This document shows positions 36,739 through 45,835 of a stretch of 51,776 nucleotides of DNA, piece by piece. The DNA is from Candidatus Heimdallarchaeota archaeon (GTDB lineage: Archaea > Asgardarchaeota > Heimdallarchaeia > Hodarchaeales > Hodarchaeaceae), in assembly GCA_019057635.1 (NCBI GenBank), contig DXJL01000199.1, positions 1 through 51,776 of the forward strand. Reading direction: 5' to 3'. Below the pieces are notes generated by a model that was given only the letters and a program-made list of their open reading frames with translations, did no database searches and had not been told where the DNA came from. The translations under genes and the position numbers were made by a program. How positions within the stretch are numbered: the stretch's first letter is position 1; the number at the start of each line of letters is the position of its first letter.

Positions 36739-39366
36739 TTATAGTAATTTTTCCCACTGTTTTTTAGTAATACCATAAATTTTGAAGACAATTTCATCCA
36801 TAATTCTTTGATTATGGTTAAGGAAAGCTTGGTACTTTTCAAGTTCTTTTAGGAGGAATGATAGGTTCATTCTAGTAGTTTTAGAAAGAACTGAGAACTT
36901 TTCTGGATTTTTACAGAAATGGAACAATCTTTTTTGCGAACTAAAAGGGAATACTTCAGAATTGGATTTGACTAACTTCCATATTTTCTCATAAATATTA
37001 GAAACTTTGCTCCCAATTTGTATATTTTCTTGCGTTTTAACTTCTAATTGCTTAATTCTTTGAACTTGAACATTTGTACTATTTTTTAGGCTAATTATTG
37101 GAAAATGATTCATATCCCTAATTCGAATTTGTGGATATCGATTTCCTTCAGTTCCCGATGTACGAATTATATTTAACTCTTCTCCCAACCAATTCCCTAG
37201 AGCTGATGTAAGTATACCAACTATCAAATATGGAGAATAAGGTGTTTGGATATTATAGATTGTATGGAGATTCCTCAATCCGAAAAACCCCTTTTCATCA
37301 TAATTTACAATAAATTTTGAAGCAGTTTGACGGACTAATATTTTTGGTTCAGTAAATCTTTCTTTCTCTCCTGAAATTAAAAGGACTTCTTTGTTTCCAA
37401 CTTTTGAACGATTCAAATTATTCTCTCGAAGATAATCTTCATAATCCTTTGAGAATCTAACGAAGGAATTTTTCATCCCTGAAACCCAAAAAGTTACAAA
37501 AGACTGTGGTAATCCATTAGCTCCATCTATCACTCGATACATATCACTAGATAGCGTATTGGATAGAAAATGAGATTTAAGCATACTTCCATATTCCAAA
37601 CCACAGGAAACCTTTGAGATGTCTCCCAATTTAATGACTACGCTATTGATTTGATTCAGTATTTCACGGGTAGCCATTTTTCGGTAAATCTTAAAGATGA
37701 AATTTGGGTGATCACTAAAATGACTTGTGGGTTCAATCTTAGGCTCATAATTCAAGTTCTTTTGGCCTAAAAATGATATAGAGTCCTTTTCATGATCCTT
37801 AGAGTTTCCTAATATTAGAATAGATAAGTCTACTACTGCTTGTTTATATTTGTAATTTTCAAGCAAGTAGATCAAGGTATACTTCTCCAATAACGTTTTA
37901 CGTATTTCACTGTACGAAGATAGATCAAGAAAGGAATGGTCAATAACAAAACTCACGACTCCGTCATTCAAACGTGAAGAATAGCTTAATGCTAAACCAA
38001 GGAACATAATGTAAAGATTATCACGCTTTCCCATGAATTTGGGAATCATTTGTTTGAGGATTTTCCTAATATCAGGGGGAATAACCTTTTGTGAGAATCG
38101 TCCTGATAAAGGAATATAGGGGGGATTTGAAAGAATTAAATCATATCTAGGATGAGGAATGTTATTCTTATAATTATTGGACATGTGGTGCAAGAAATTC
38201 TTTTTCTGCAGATTATTCGAATTTTCAGGTAAATCACTGGATAGACTTAGGAACAAATTAATAATATTCCCAGAAAAATTTATGATTTTTTCATCAATGT
38301 CGAATCCAAAAAAGGAAGATAAAAATAACTCTTTTCTGAGTTGTAAAAGTGAACTGAAGGGAAGACGATCTTCGTGTTGGAGAACTTGATTAACCAGCCA
38401 TTCTAATGCTACAATAAGAATCAATCCAGTACCAGAAGCTGGATCTAGAATCTTTAATTTCTTGATGTTGTTGATTGAGGATATTTTGCTGGTTTTTATC
38501 TTATTAAAGGAGTGAGAGACCAATGGAAACGTAAGTTCTAAAGGAGTAAAATATTGACCTCTTAATTTGTCAATATTTAGCGGTAAGGGAGGATATTCAA
38601 GTAGGTGGATTAATGTGAGATCAAGAAGATCGACATAAGATAATTCAACGACTTGTTCGATAAGAATGTTCTTTTGTAGTAAGTCTAAAAAACGTGTAAT
38701 GTCGATATTAGTTGGATGTGTATCATTCTGAAGTTTAATCATTTCAAAATCGTTTAGAGTTTGTGAGTAATTCATAAAAAATTCATTTGGAGAAGTAAAT
38801 CCTCGTAAGCGATCCAATTTAGGAGTATCACCGTTTTTATGTGAATCACTTTTTCGCACAAACTCAATAATCTTCAAAAATACGCTAAAGCCATTTTGAT
38901 ATGATTGTAAACGAATTTTGTCATTATAAACTTCAAGAATCCCTGGGTTAACGAAAATTGAGGCAAGAAGCAGTGATGCGAGGTTTTTAGGAATAATTGA
39001 CCAGCAAATAATGAAATTGTGTGACATCGAAAAGATTAGAGTCTCATTAGTTGAAATGACAATGATCCAATCAGGAATTCCCTGGGTGATCAATTTCTTT
39101 CTAAGAAACTGAATAATTCTCAGATTTTTAAAATTAAATAATTCTTGAGCTAAAATATTCGAAATGAGAATCCCCACGCGTGATTTAATCCAAAAATTAC
39201 CAATATTCTCTAGATTTTCAGATGGGGACCCGAGTAAATTGTTGAAGTTCTTAGCTTCAATATTTTGAAAGGTGGCATGAAATACTGAATTTTGTTCAGA
39301 ATCTGGATTCTCTTTTTCTAATATTAACTGATCCTCAATGAGTTTAATCTGTGCCTTAAGAGGCAT
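36739..39366 (-). CDS. Eco57I/TaqI-like (gamma class) N6-adenine methyltransferase with C-terminal TRD; N-terminal nuclease domain apparently degenerate
   Basis: GQYFTP, LDPASGTG, FGFDID, LSNPPY, NLYIMF, Y.EIRK.LL, PKILVRQT and YPQI.I motifs. Confidence 0.88.
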   Translation of the reverse strand: MPLKAQIKLIEDQLILEKENPDSEQNSVFHATFQNIEAKNFNNLLGSPSENLENIGNFWIKSRVGILISNILAQELFNFKNLRIIQFLRKKLITQGIPDWIIVISTNETLIFSMSHNFIICWSIIPKNLASLLLASIFVNPGILEVYNDKIRLQSYQNGFSVFLKIIEFVRKSDSHKNGDTPKLDRLRGFTSPNEFFMNYSQTLNDFEMIKLQNDTHPTNIDITRFLDLLQKNILIEQVVELSYVDLLDLTLIHLLEYPPLPLNIDKLRGQYFTPLELTFPLVSHSFNKIKTSKISSINNIKKLKILDPASGTGLILIVALEWLVNQVLQHEDRLPFSSLLQLRKELFLSSFFGFDIDEKIINFSGNIINLFLSLSSDLPENSNNLQKKNFLHHMSNNYKNNIPHPRYDLILSNPPYIPLSGRFSQKVIPPDIRKILKQMIPKFMGKRDNLYIMFLGLALSYSSRLNDGVVSFVIDHSFLDLSSYSEIRKTLLEKYTLIYLLENYKYKQAVVDLSILILGNSKDHEKDSISFLGQKNLNYEPKIEPTSHFSDHPNFIFKIYRKMATREILNQINSVVIKLGDISKVSCGLEYGSMLKSHFLSNTLSSDMYRVIDGANGLPQSFVTFWVSGMKNSFVRFSKDYEDYLRENNLNRSKVGNKEVLLISGEKERFTEPKILVRQTASKFIVNYDEKGFFGLRNLHTIYNIQTPYSPYLIVGILTSALGNWLGEELNIIRTSGTEGNRYPQIRIRDMNHFPIISLKNSTNVQVQRIKQLEVKTQENIQIGSKVSNIYEKIWKLVKSNSEVFPFSSQKRLFHFCKNPEKFSVLSKTTRMNLSFLLKELEKYQAFLNHNQRIMDEIVFKIYGITKKQWEKLL

Positions 39367-39416
39367 TACAGGTAGAAGAGGTAGTGCAATAAAAGATTTG
39401 ACAGTTAGAACCTCCT

Positions 39417-41162
39417 CTAATTATAAGATACTTCTTTTTCTGTCTCAGTTTTAATTTTAGAATAGAAATTACTAGCCAGGTTTCTTATTGTCCTATCTGG
39501 ATCGTGAAGAATAATATGCTCTAATCCAGTAAGAATTTCTACCTGTTTCTCTTCCTCTTCTAAACCTATTTTCCCTAGCTGCTGAATTGCATCCATTCTT
39601 GTTATATAGTTCTGTGAGGTACTCGCTTGCTTAAGTAAATCAATTAAACTGGACTCATTTTCATTTGTACTCAATTTTTCCTCAGGGGGTATCATTAAAG
39701 GTAAATCTATCGTTACTTGACATCCTTGGTTGAATCCTTCAGATTCTATTTCGAACGAACCACCATGATCAGCTATTACTTGTTTTGCCAAGAATACTCC
39801 TAAACCCAGTTGACTGGCGGATGAGTGGAATGTCATGAAGGGTTCCCCTATATATTGTAGGTTCTCCTGATTAATTCCAACACCTGTATCCTTACAGGTT
39901 AATCTAATTATTTTATCATTTTCTATATTTAATGCAATTTCCACCGTACCATGACCTGTAAATCTAATCGCATTTTCAAAAATATTCCTTAAAGCTTGTA
40001 ACATGCGAATGCGATCGACATTGATAATGAAAGGCGTTGTCGGGTATTCAATAACCAAGTGAACTCGGTATCGTTTCAAAAGAAATTCAAGGCCGTCAAT
40101 TGCTTGTTGAAGAATTGGCACAAAATCTTCTAACATAAGTGTACATTTGAATTTACCGATTCTGACTGCAGCAATATCATTTAAATCGTTAACGATGGTT
40201 TCTAATTGGGAAAGATTTCGTCCAAACGCAGTTAACATATTATTTTCCAATATTCCTTTTTCGTCATCTGTAATACCATTTACTAATCGTGAATTGTAAA
40301 AATCCAGATGTCCACGAAGATTGCTTATCGGTGTTCGAAGTGTATGCTGGGAAAGTGTAAGAAAGTCGAATTTCATATCTGTTAACTGTTTGACAGGAGT
40401 TAAGTCTACCATAATTCCTTGTACTATTGCCGTATTCCCAATATAGAGTTTTTTAACGCTAGCCATGACAGGTATCCGAGTACCATCTTTACACAGTAAT
40501 TCTAGTTCTGTTGTTTCATCAGGAGAAACAAACTGTGTAGCAATCGTATCATCATCGACTTTTCCCGTAAATAAATCTCTTTTTGTTTCCAACAAATAAG
40601 CAGCAATTTTAGCTCTGTGTTCGGGACAAACGAAAAATGTAGGTAGGGACTTCCTCTCTTCAATCTCCTCTTCAGTATATCCCAATTTTTCAATGAATGC
40701 TTGACTATACCAATCTATTATCCCATTCTTGAAGATAAAGAGAAAGTTAGGTGATTTACTAAATAAATCTTGAAATTGTTTTTGCTGTGAATCGAGATCA
40801 GCTCTTATTTGCATAAACTTCCCAATATGCCGTATAAGGATAAGGTCATATCTTTCACCAATAGACGAAACTCTTACTTGAATCCAAGTCGTATTACCGT
40901 CTGGTAATAGTGCTTGCCATTCGGATTCCCTGGGAAGGGGAATATCTTTATTTGAAACTGTTCGTGCGAATTTCTCTCTATCTGAATGAGCAAGGAATTG
41001 AACAAACTGTTCAATAGAAAGGTTTTTGTGAGATGTAGGAATCTTGAGATCTATCCGTGCTTTTGTATTTGCGTAGTAAATTTGTCTATCCTTCAATACA
41101 ACGATTCCAGCAGGCAATTTATCAAGAAAATCTGCATCAAAAGGTGGATCTAGGGAAGTCAC
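39417..41162 (-). CDS. Cytoplasmic double-PAS histidine kinase with C-terminal HEAT-like repeats
   Basis: Two PAS/PAC units (DGNTTWI, KDGTRIPV), H-box QHTLRTP, N-box NIFENAIRFT, G1 DTGVG, F-box PF.T, G2 LGLG; tail TRMDAIQQLGKI...DPDRTIRNLA. Confidence 0.9.
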   Translation of the reverse strand: MTSLDPPFDADFLDKLPAGIVVLKDRQIYYANTKARIDLKIPTSHKNLSIEQFVQFLAHSDREKFARTVSNKDIPLPRESEWQALLPDGNTTWIQVRVSSIGERYDLILIRHIGKFMQIRADLDSQQKQFQDLFSKSPNFLFIFKNGIIDWYSQAFIEKLGYTEEEIEERKSLPTFFVCPEHRAKIAAYLLETKRDLFTGKVDDDTIATQFVSPDETTELELLCKDGTRIPVMASVKKLYIGNTAIVQGIMVDLTPVKQLTDMKFDFLTLSQHTLRTPISNLRGHLDFYNSRLVNGITDDEKGILENNMLTAFGRNLSQLETIVNDLNDIAAVRIGKFKCTLMLEDFVPILQQAIDGLEFLLKRYRVHLVIEYPTTPFIINVDRIRMLQALRNIFENAIRFTGHGTVEIALNIENDKIIRLTCKDTGVGINQENLQYIGEPFMTFHSSASQLGLGVFLAKQVIADHGGSFEIESEGFNQGCQVTIDLPLMIPPEEKLSTNENESSLIDLLKQASTSQNYITRMDAIQQLGKIGLEEEEKQVEILTGLEHIILHDPDRTIRNLASNFYSKIKTETEKEVSYN

Positions 41163-41314
41163 GATTTTTACATTCCTCTTGGAGAATTTCTAGACAAGAG
41201 ATAGATTGTATATAGTACTTTCTTCGCAATTAACATACTTTTTAAAACATACTTCGACTTGTATGAACTAAACTTCCTTTCAATTTTATTATGCTAATCA
41301 GGAAATGATCAATA

Positions 41315-41953
41315 ATGAGTCTCGATGAACAATTGAAATCTTTAGAACTTCAAAAGAATTACAGTGAGATGATTAACGAACTTCGGATAAATGAAAGCGC
41401 TATGACTCTATGGTACGCTAAGCTAAGCTCACTTATGGCCGAAGAACGTCCACAAATAGCTGGAATGTTACAATCGTTAGAAGAAATCTCACAGACAATA
41501 ACAACTCTTCTTAGAAAATGTACAATGTTCATGGATGAACATTTCTCACCAGTTCCAGTTGAGATTGAAGCATCAACTACCATTAGTGCCCCTACCCCTG
41601 ATTTATCAAATCGAGAACGCGATGATGTTTTTTCACTTGGCTCATTACGTACCCTAGCTCAGACTTTGCCTCAGAAGGAAATAGATAGGGAAAAAGTACA
41701 ATCAGTTAAATTTTGGTATATTACTGGTGGTGGGAAAAGCGAAGCATTAGACCTTACATTTTCAGGAAAAGATTATTTTACTAATGTTTTAATATCAGTT
41801 CTCACTCAAATCGAGGGAATAACAGACAATGAAGAGTTTTCTGTGTCTCCATTAGGTTTCAATCCTTTACTTCTTCCTCAGTTTGAAAGCTCATTAGATC
41901 AAATTCTTACTTCATATGCGAATGAATTTACACTCATTAAATTTTATCCTTAA
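41315..41953 (+). CDS. Hypothetical protein: N-terminal coiled coil plus possible C-terminal ubiquitin-like (beta-grasp) domain
   Basis: Heptad-rich aa 1-75, Pro/Ser/Thr linker, then about 80 aa with a beta-beta-alpha-beta-(helix)-beta pattern (VKFWYI / LDLTF / FTNVLISVLTQI / FSVSP / SLDQIL / EFTLI). Confidence 0.5.
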   Translation: MSLDEQLKSLELQKNYSEMINELRINESAMTLWYAKLSSLMAEERPQIAGMLQSLEEISQTITTLLRKCTMFMDEHFSPVPVEIEASTTISAPTPDLSNRERDDVFSLGSLRTLAQTLPQKEIDREKVQSVKFWYITGGGKSEALDLTFSGKDYFTNVLISVLTQIEGITDNEEFSVSPLGFNPLLLPQFESSLDQILTSYANEFTLIKFYP

Positions 41954-42102
41954 AGGAATTCCAAAAGTCCAATATTTAGCTGGAAATGATTCTAATTCTA
42001 GTATAAAGTATAGAACACGGTAATCACTCGTTTTAATAAGAAAGTTCACATTCGATTAACTTTTTATTTCAGTAGAGAACGCATTCTGTTGAGAGTCTGT
42101 TA

Positions 42103-42903
42103 ATGGATCTAACCCCAGTTGTCAATGGTTTGATACTAGCAACTTTAGCCGGATTATCAACAACAATAGGTGCTCTTGGGATCTATTTCATAAAACAGGA
42201 AAGTAGATTCATAAGTATAGCCATGGGATTCTCTGCTGGAGTAATGATAGGGATATCTATGCTAGAATTATTACCATCAGCTCTTTTTGAAATTGGATTA
42301 TTCAAAGCAGGTAGCTCATTTATTCTAGGTCTGTTTGCTGTATCGATCCTTGACATTTTGGTTCCGCATGACTATATGCACGAACATTCCTGTAATAGTG
42401 AAGAGTCTCCTAGGCTTAATGGAACAAAAAATAACTTAGGACGAACAGGACGACTTGTGGCTATAGGTATTGCAATTCATAACTTACCAGAAGGATTCAT
42501 TACCCTTTCTGGAGCTTTGCATTCAACAGAGCTAGGAATATTATTAGCAGTCGCGATTACAATGCATAATATACCAGAGGGGTTATCTGTAGCCGTACCT
42601 ATCTATGCATCAACAAATGACAAACGAGAAGCTTTCAAAATATCTTTTTTATCTGGTTTAGCAGAACCTTTAGGTGCAATTATAGCTACTGTTGTATTAT
42701 TAACTTTCGGATTGACAACAGATGAGTTTATTCAAATTGCATTAGCCTTTGTCTCAGGAATTATGTTATTTATATCTTTAGACGAACTACTTCCATCCGC
42801 TAGGGAAACTTGTAAGGAAAATGGAGGTGATTCGCATATAGTTACGCTTGGGATTATTGCAGGGGTTACGGTTATATTCTTGACTTTGGTAGCATTGACT
42901 TAA
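42103..42903 (+). CDS. zupT: ZIP family zinc transporter ZupT/GufA
   Basis: AGLSTTIG, GFSAGVM, His-rich loop, HNLPEG, HNIPEG, SGLAEP and SLDELLP motifs. Confidence 0.93.
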   Translation: MDLTPVVNGLILATLAGLSTTIGALGIYFIKQESRFISIAMGFSAGVMIGISMLELLPSALFEIGLFKAGSSFILGLFAVSILDILVPHDYMHEHSCNSEESPRLNGTKNNLGRTGRLVAIGIAIHNLPEGFITLSGALHSTELGILLAVAITMHNIPEGLSVAVPIYASTNDKREAFKISFLSGLAEPLGAIIATVVLLTFGLTTDEFIQIALAFVSGIMLFISLDELLPSARETCKENGGDSHIVTLGIIAGVTVIFLTLVALT

Positions 42904-43009
42904 TGCGTACCTTACTTTTCATTTAGCTTCATACTAAGCCACAATAAATAATAAATAGACAAAATTAGATAGAGGTTAAATAGCAAAATTATCTGTGAGT
43001 CATTAACCA

Positions 43010-43516
43010 GTGAAAGATCTTCAGACAATCTTGAGAGAAATCATGAGAGAGGGGAAAAAAAGCCCTGGAGAATGGAAAAGTATAGCTGCTCCTACACGTG
43101 GTAATACAGGTTCAGATTTGCTTTTGTTCCATCCAATATCGGGACCAATTTATCAGATTCGTGCATATGAAAAGAATCCTTACCAAATGCAAGGAATAGG
43201 TACACGAATCTCACGTTCAATTGATGAAGATTTTTTAAGACTCATTGATAAACGAAAACAATCAGGAGATCTAGGGATTCTAGATTTAAACTTTAAATTA
43301 CTTCAAAGGTCGATGAAAGAAGGGGGGAACATTGATAAAATCCTATTTAATGCCCTAACTGGCCAAAAAAATCAAGGGATTGATTATCTTAATCTCGGGA
43401 ACTCTTTTACTCGCCCTCAGAACCCCCTTCCACTTTTAACCGATGAGCAAAAACGATTAGACAAAGAATTTAAGCGTCTAGTAAAAAGAGATGGAAAAGA
43501 TTCGATGTTTGGTTAA
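43010..43516 (+). CDS. Conserved archaeal hypothetical protein
   Basis: 168 aa ORF. W......G.D.L..HP..G....I.AY.KNPY...G.G.RI.R.ID resembles a family I recall from euryarchaea; function unknown. Confidence 0.65.
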   Translation: MKDLQTILREIMREGKKSPGEWKSIAAPTRGNTGSDLLLFHPISGPIYQIRAYEKNPYQMQGIGTRISRSIDEDFLRLIDKRKQSGDLGILDLNFKLLQRSMKEGGNIDKILFNALTGQKNQGIDYLNLGNSFTRPQNPLPLLTDEQKRLDKEFKRLVKRDGKDSMFG

Positions 43517-43578
43517 AACTTTTTTCCAAAAGACTTTCAAATAAAATGAGGGCAATGACCCAATCAGTGATTTAAGAC

Positions 43579-44376
43579 ATGTCGGACTCTGAATATTTCA
43601 ATCTTCTTTCTGATTTTACAACTGCGGTCGAATCTGAACTATTAGCCTATGTACGTGGGTTGATTTTATATGGATCGTTTCAAAAAGAGCAAGATAAAGG
43701 ACCAGGATGGATTATTCCCGGAACTTCCGACTTAGATTTAATTTTGATCATCGACGTCGATGATATCAATCCTAAGAAACCCCCTAGGCGTTTTGCAAAA
43801 ATTGCTGAAACATTGTCAGTTTTTTTTGTCCACCCAGTATATGCACCAGTATTAGATTTAAGAATTCTTGAATATCATGATCTACCTGCCAAGCTTGGAA
43901 TGGCTTTTTCTCCAGTTCATGCAGAATCCGCTTCCCGTTATGGAGAAGTTCTTCTTGGGAATAATGTTCTCGAAAATTTCACTTTCTCAGAAAAACAGTT
44001 GAGTCGTTGTACTAAAATTGCTATAAATCAAGCTTATGAGTCGATAAAAAGTGACTACTTACAACGAGTAGTGATTGGTGAGCAACCTTTAACTTATGAA
44101 TTTGCTGATCTTATACTCGATATAGCACATTCTACATTAGCATTCAAAGGAAATTTGAATTTTGTACGTTCCGAAGTTCCAGAAGAATTTGACAAGTTGC
44201 TCGGAGACGATTTGGGAGCCACTAGTGTTGATATAGTTTATGAAGCGAAGAAATATCGGATGGGTTCTCAGAAGATGCGCCGCTCAGATTTTATTCGAGG
44301 GTGTATGGAAGTCTCTCAAAAAGTAATGAAATATATTCGAGACCCATTTACATTTGAAGAAAGTAAAAAAGCTTAA
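43579..44376 (+). CDS. Pol-beta superfamily nucleotidyltransferase with a C-terminal helical domain
   Basis: LILYGSF...PGTSDLDLILII, third Asp in VLDLR, G.VLLG. Confidence 0.8.
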   Translation: MSDSEYFNLLSDFTTAVESELLAYVRGLILYGSFQKEQDKGPGWIIPGTSDLDLILIIDVDDINPKKPPRRFAKIAETLSVFFVHPVYAPVLDLRILEYHDLPAKLGMAFSPVHAESASRYGEVLLGNNVLENFTFSEKQLSRCTKIAINQAYESIKSDYLQRVVIGEQPLTYEFADLILDIAHSTLAFKGNLNFVRSEVPEEFDKLLGDDLGATSVDIVYEAKKYRMGSQKMRRSDFIRGCMEVSQKVMKYIRDPFTFEESKKA

Positions 44377-44472
44377 ATAAACAAAATAGTCTGTAAGTTC
44401 TGAAACCTCTTTGAAAATTAAATCTAAGGATTTTTCTATTATTTTTTTTATATACCAGTATTATCCTGAGAA

Positions 44473-44631
44473 ATGCCAATGAACCTCAAATTAATGACAT
44501 TTGCTTCAATTTTTTCTGGTTTATTAGTACTAACAGCATTGATTGTCGTATTCTTTATTCTACAAGCGAGTTCATCTTATCATGATTTTCCTTTTAACGC
44601 TTCAGGAGGAACTTTAATTGAAATTAAATGA
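44473..44631 (+). CDS. Small single-pass membrane protein (52 aa), below the ORF-track cutoff
   Basis: Hand translation MPMNLKLMTFASIFSGLLVLTALIVVFFILQASSSYHDFPFNASGGTLIEIK*; overlaps the start of the ECF S gene. Confidence 0.4.
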   Translation: MPMNLKLMTFASIFSGLLVLTALIVVFFILQASSSYHDFPFNASGGTLIEIK

Positions 44632-45757
44632 TGATACAAATAGGCCCGATACCATTCCCGATCGAAATGGTGAGTCACCTGCTCATATTCCGTGGATTAG
44701 ACCTGAATTGGTAAAACGACGGAGAAAGAATCCTTATTTTCAAACAAGTGATTTAGTAATTATTGCATTATTTAGTAGCTTAGGTGGAATTTTTAGTACT
44801 TTTATTGGATATTTAGCTAATTTATTAAACAGTATATTGGGAATCCCATTCGGAGGAGGTCAAGTTTTAGCTGGTCTTCATATCTTCTGGCTTGTATTCA
44901 TTTTTCTCCTCACAGATAAGAAGGTGGGTGTAGCATTTTCTGCTGGAGTCTTAAAAGGCTTTGTAGAATTTTTTACAGGTAATGCACACGGATTACTAGT
45001 TATTCTCCTCTCTTCAAGTCAAGGTTTAATCTTTGAATTGATTTTAATCTTATTTCTAGGGACGAAAAGAAGGAGTATCATTGCAATAGCTGCTGGATTT
45101 GCTGGGTTATCGAATGTTCTTTTACAACAATTGTTATTTTTCAATTCTCAGATACCAATTACTTTCATTGCCTTGATAGGACTAATAAGCTTCGTTTCAG
45201 GAATTACATTAGGAGGATTATTCCCTCTTTCAGTGTTTTATATTTTTAATAGATCACCGATTTTACAGTGGAGAAAACCGCTATCCTCATCTACCAGATA
45301 TCTAAGGAAAATTCAAGCTATTCGAATCAGCATAATTGTGATATTACTTTTTGCAGAAGTCTCTGTCATTGTTTTCTTGATGTCCCAGAATAAGTATTCT
45401 ATAGAAATTACGGGGGAAGTATATAATCCTTATACATTCTACGTGGGTGACTTTCCTAAAATCACTATTGAAGCTGAGTTAATTGGTGATGTAACTTATG
45501 TGCCTCCAAAGAACTACACTGGTGTACCACTGTACCTTGCAATCGAAAAAGCACAGCCAAGACTTCAAATCTATTATATACAGCTGAGAGCTACTGATGG
45601 CTATTCTGTAAGGTTTAATTCAACTGAAGTAGATAAAAATGATAATATTATTATTGCCTCAGAGGATGGCAGATTAAGAATCGTTGCTGGTCACTATCAC
45701 GGGAGTTACTGGATAAAAAATATTGCCTCTATTGAATTAACTGCTTTAGTTTCATAA
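44618..45757 (+). CDS. ECF transporter S component fused to a molybdopterin-oxidoreductase-like domain
   Basis: FQTSDLVIIALF...K.G......G.VE..G...QGL..E S-component pattern; extra TM; then ITGEV, YTGVPL, ATDGY, LRIV and W.KN...IE, typical of the sulfite-oxidase/MsrP fold. Confidence 0.8.
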   Translation: MKLNDDTNRPDTIPDRNGESPAHIPWIRPELVKRRRKNPYFQTSDLVIIALFSSLGGIFSTFIGYLANLLNSILGIPFGGGQVLAGLHIFWLVFIFLLTDKKVGVAFSAGVLKGFVEFFTGNAHGLLVILLSSSQGLIFELILILFLGTKRRSIIAIAAGFAGLSNVLLQQLLFFNSQIPITFIALIGLISFVSGITLGGLFPLSVFYIFNRSPILQWRKPLSSSTRYLRKIQAIRISIIVILLFAEVSVIVFLMSQNKYSIEITGEVYNPYTFYVGDFPKITIEAELIGDVTYVPPKNYTGVPLYLAIEKAQPRLQIYYIQLRATDGYSVRFNSTEVDKNDNIIIASEDGRLRIVAGHYHGSYWIKNIASIELTALVS

Positions 45758-45835
45758 TCAACCATAAAATCCTTATAGTTCTGAAATAGGAAAAGAAATT
45801 TGATTAAACGTTGGTATGAATAATTTCGACTAACA

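Noticed and set aside
23741-39366. A defence island or integrated element spanning the two methyltransferases and the Mrr-like gene
   Set aside because: Housekeeping genes (gatDE, rubrerythrin) are interspersed, and no integrase, att repeats or active nuclease is evident
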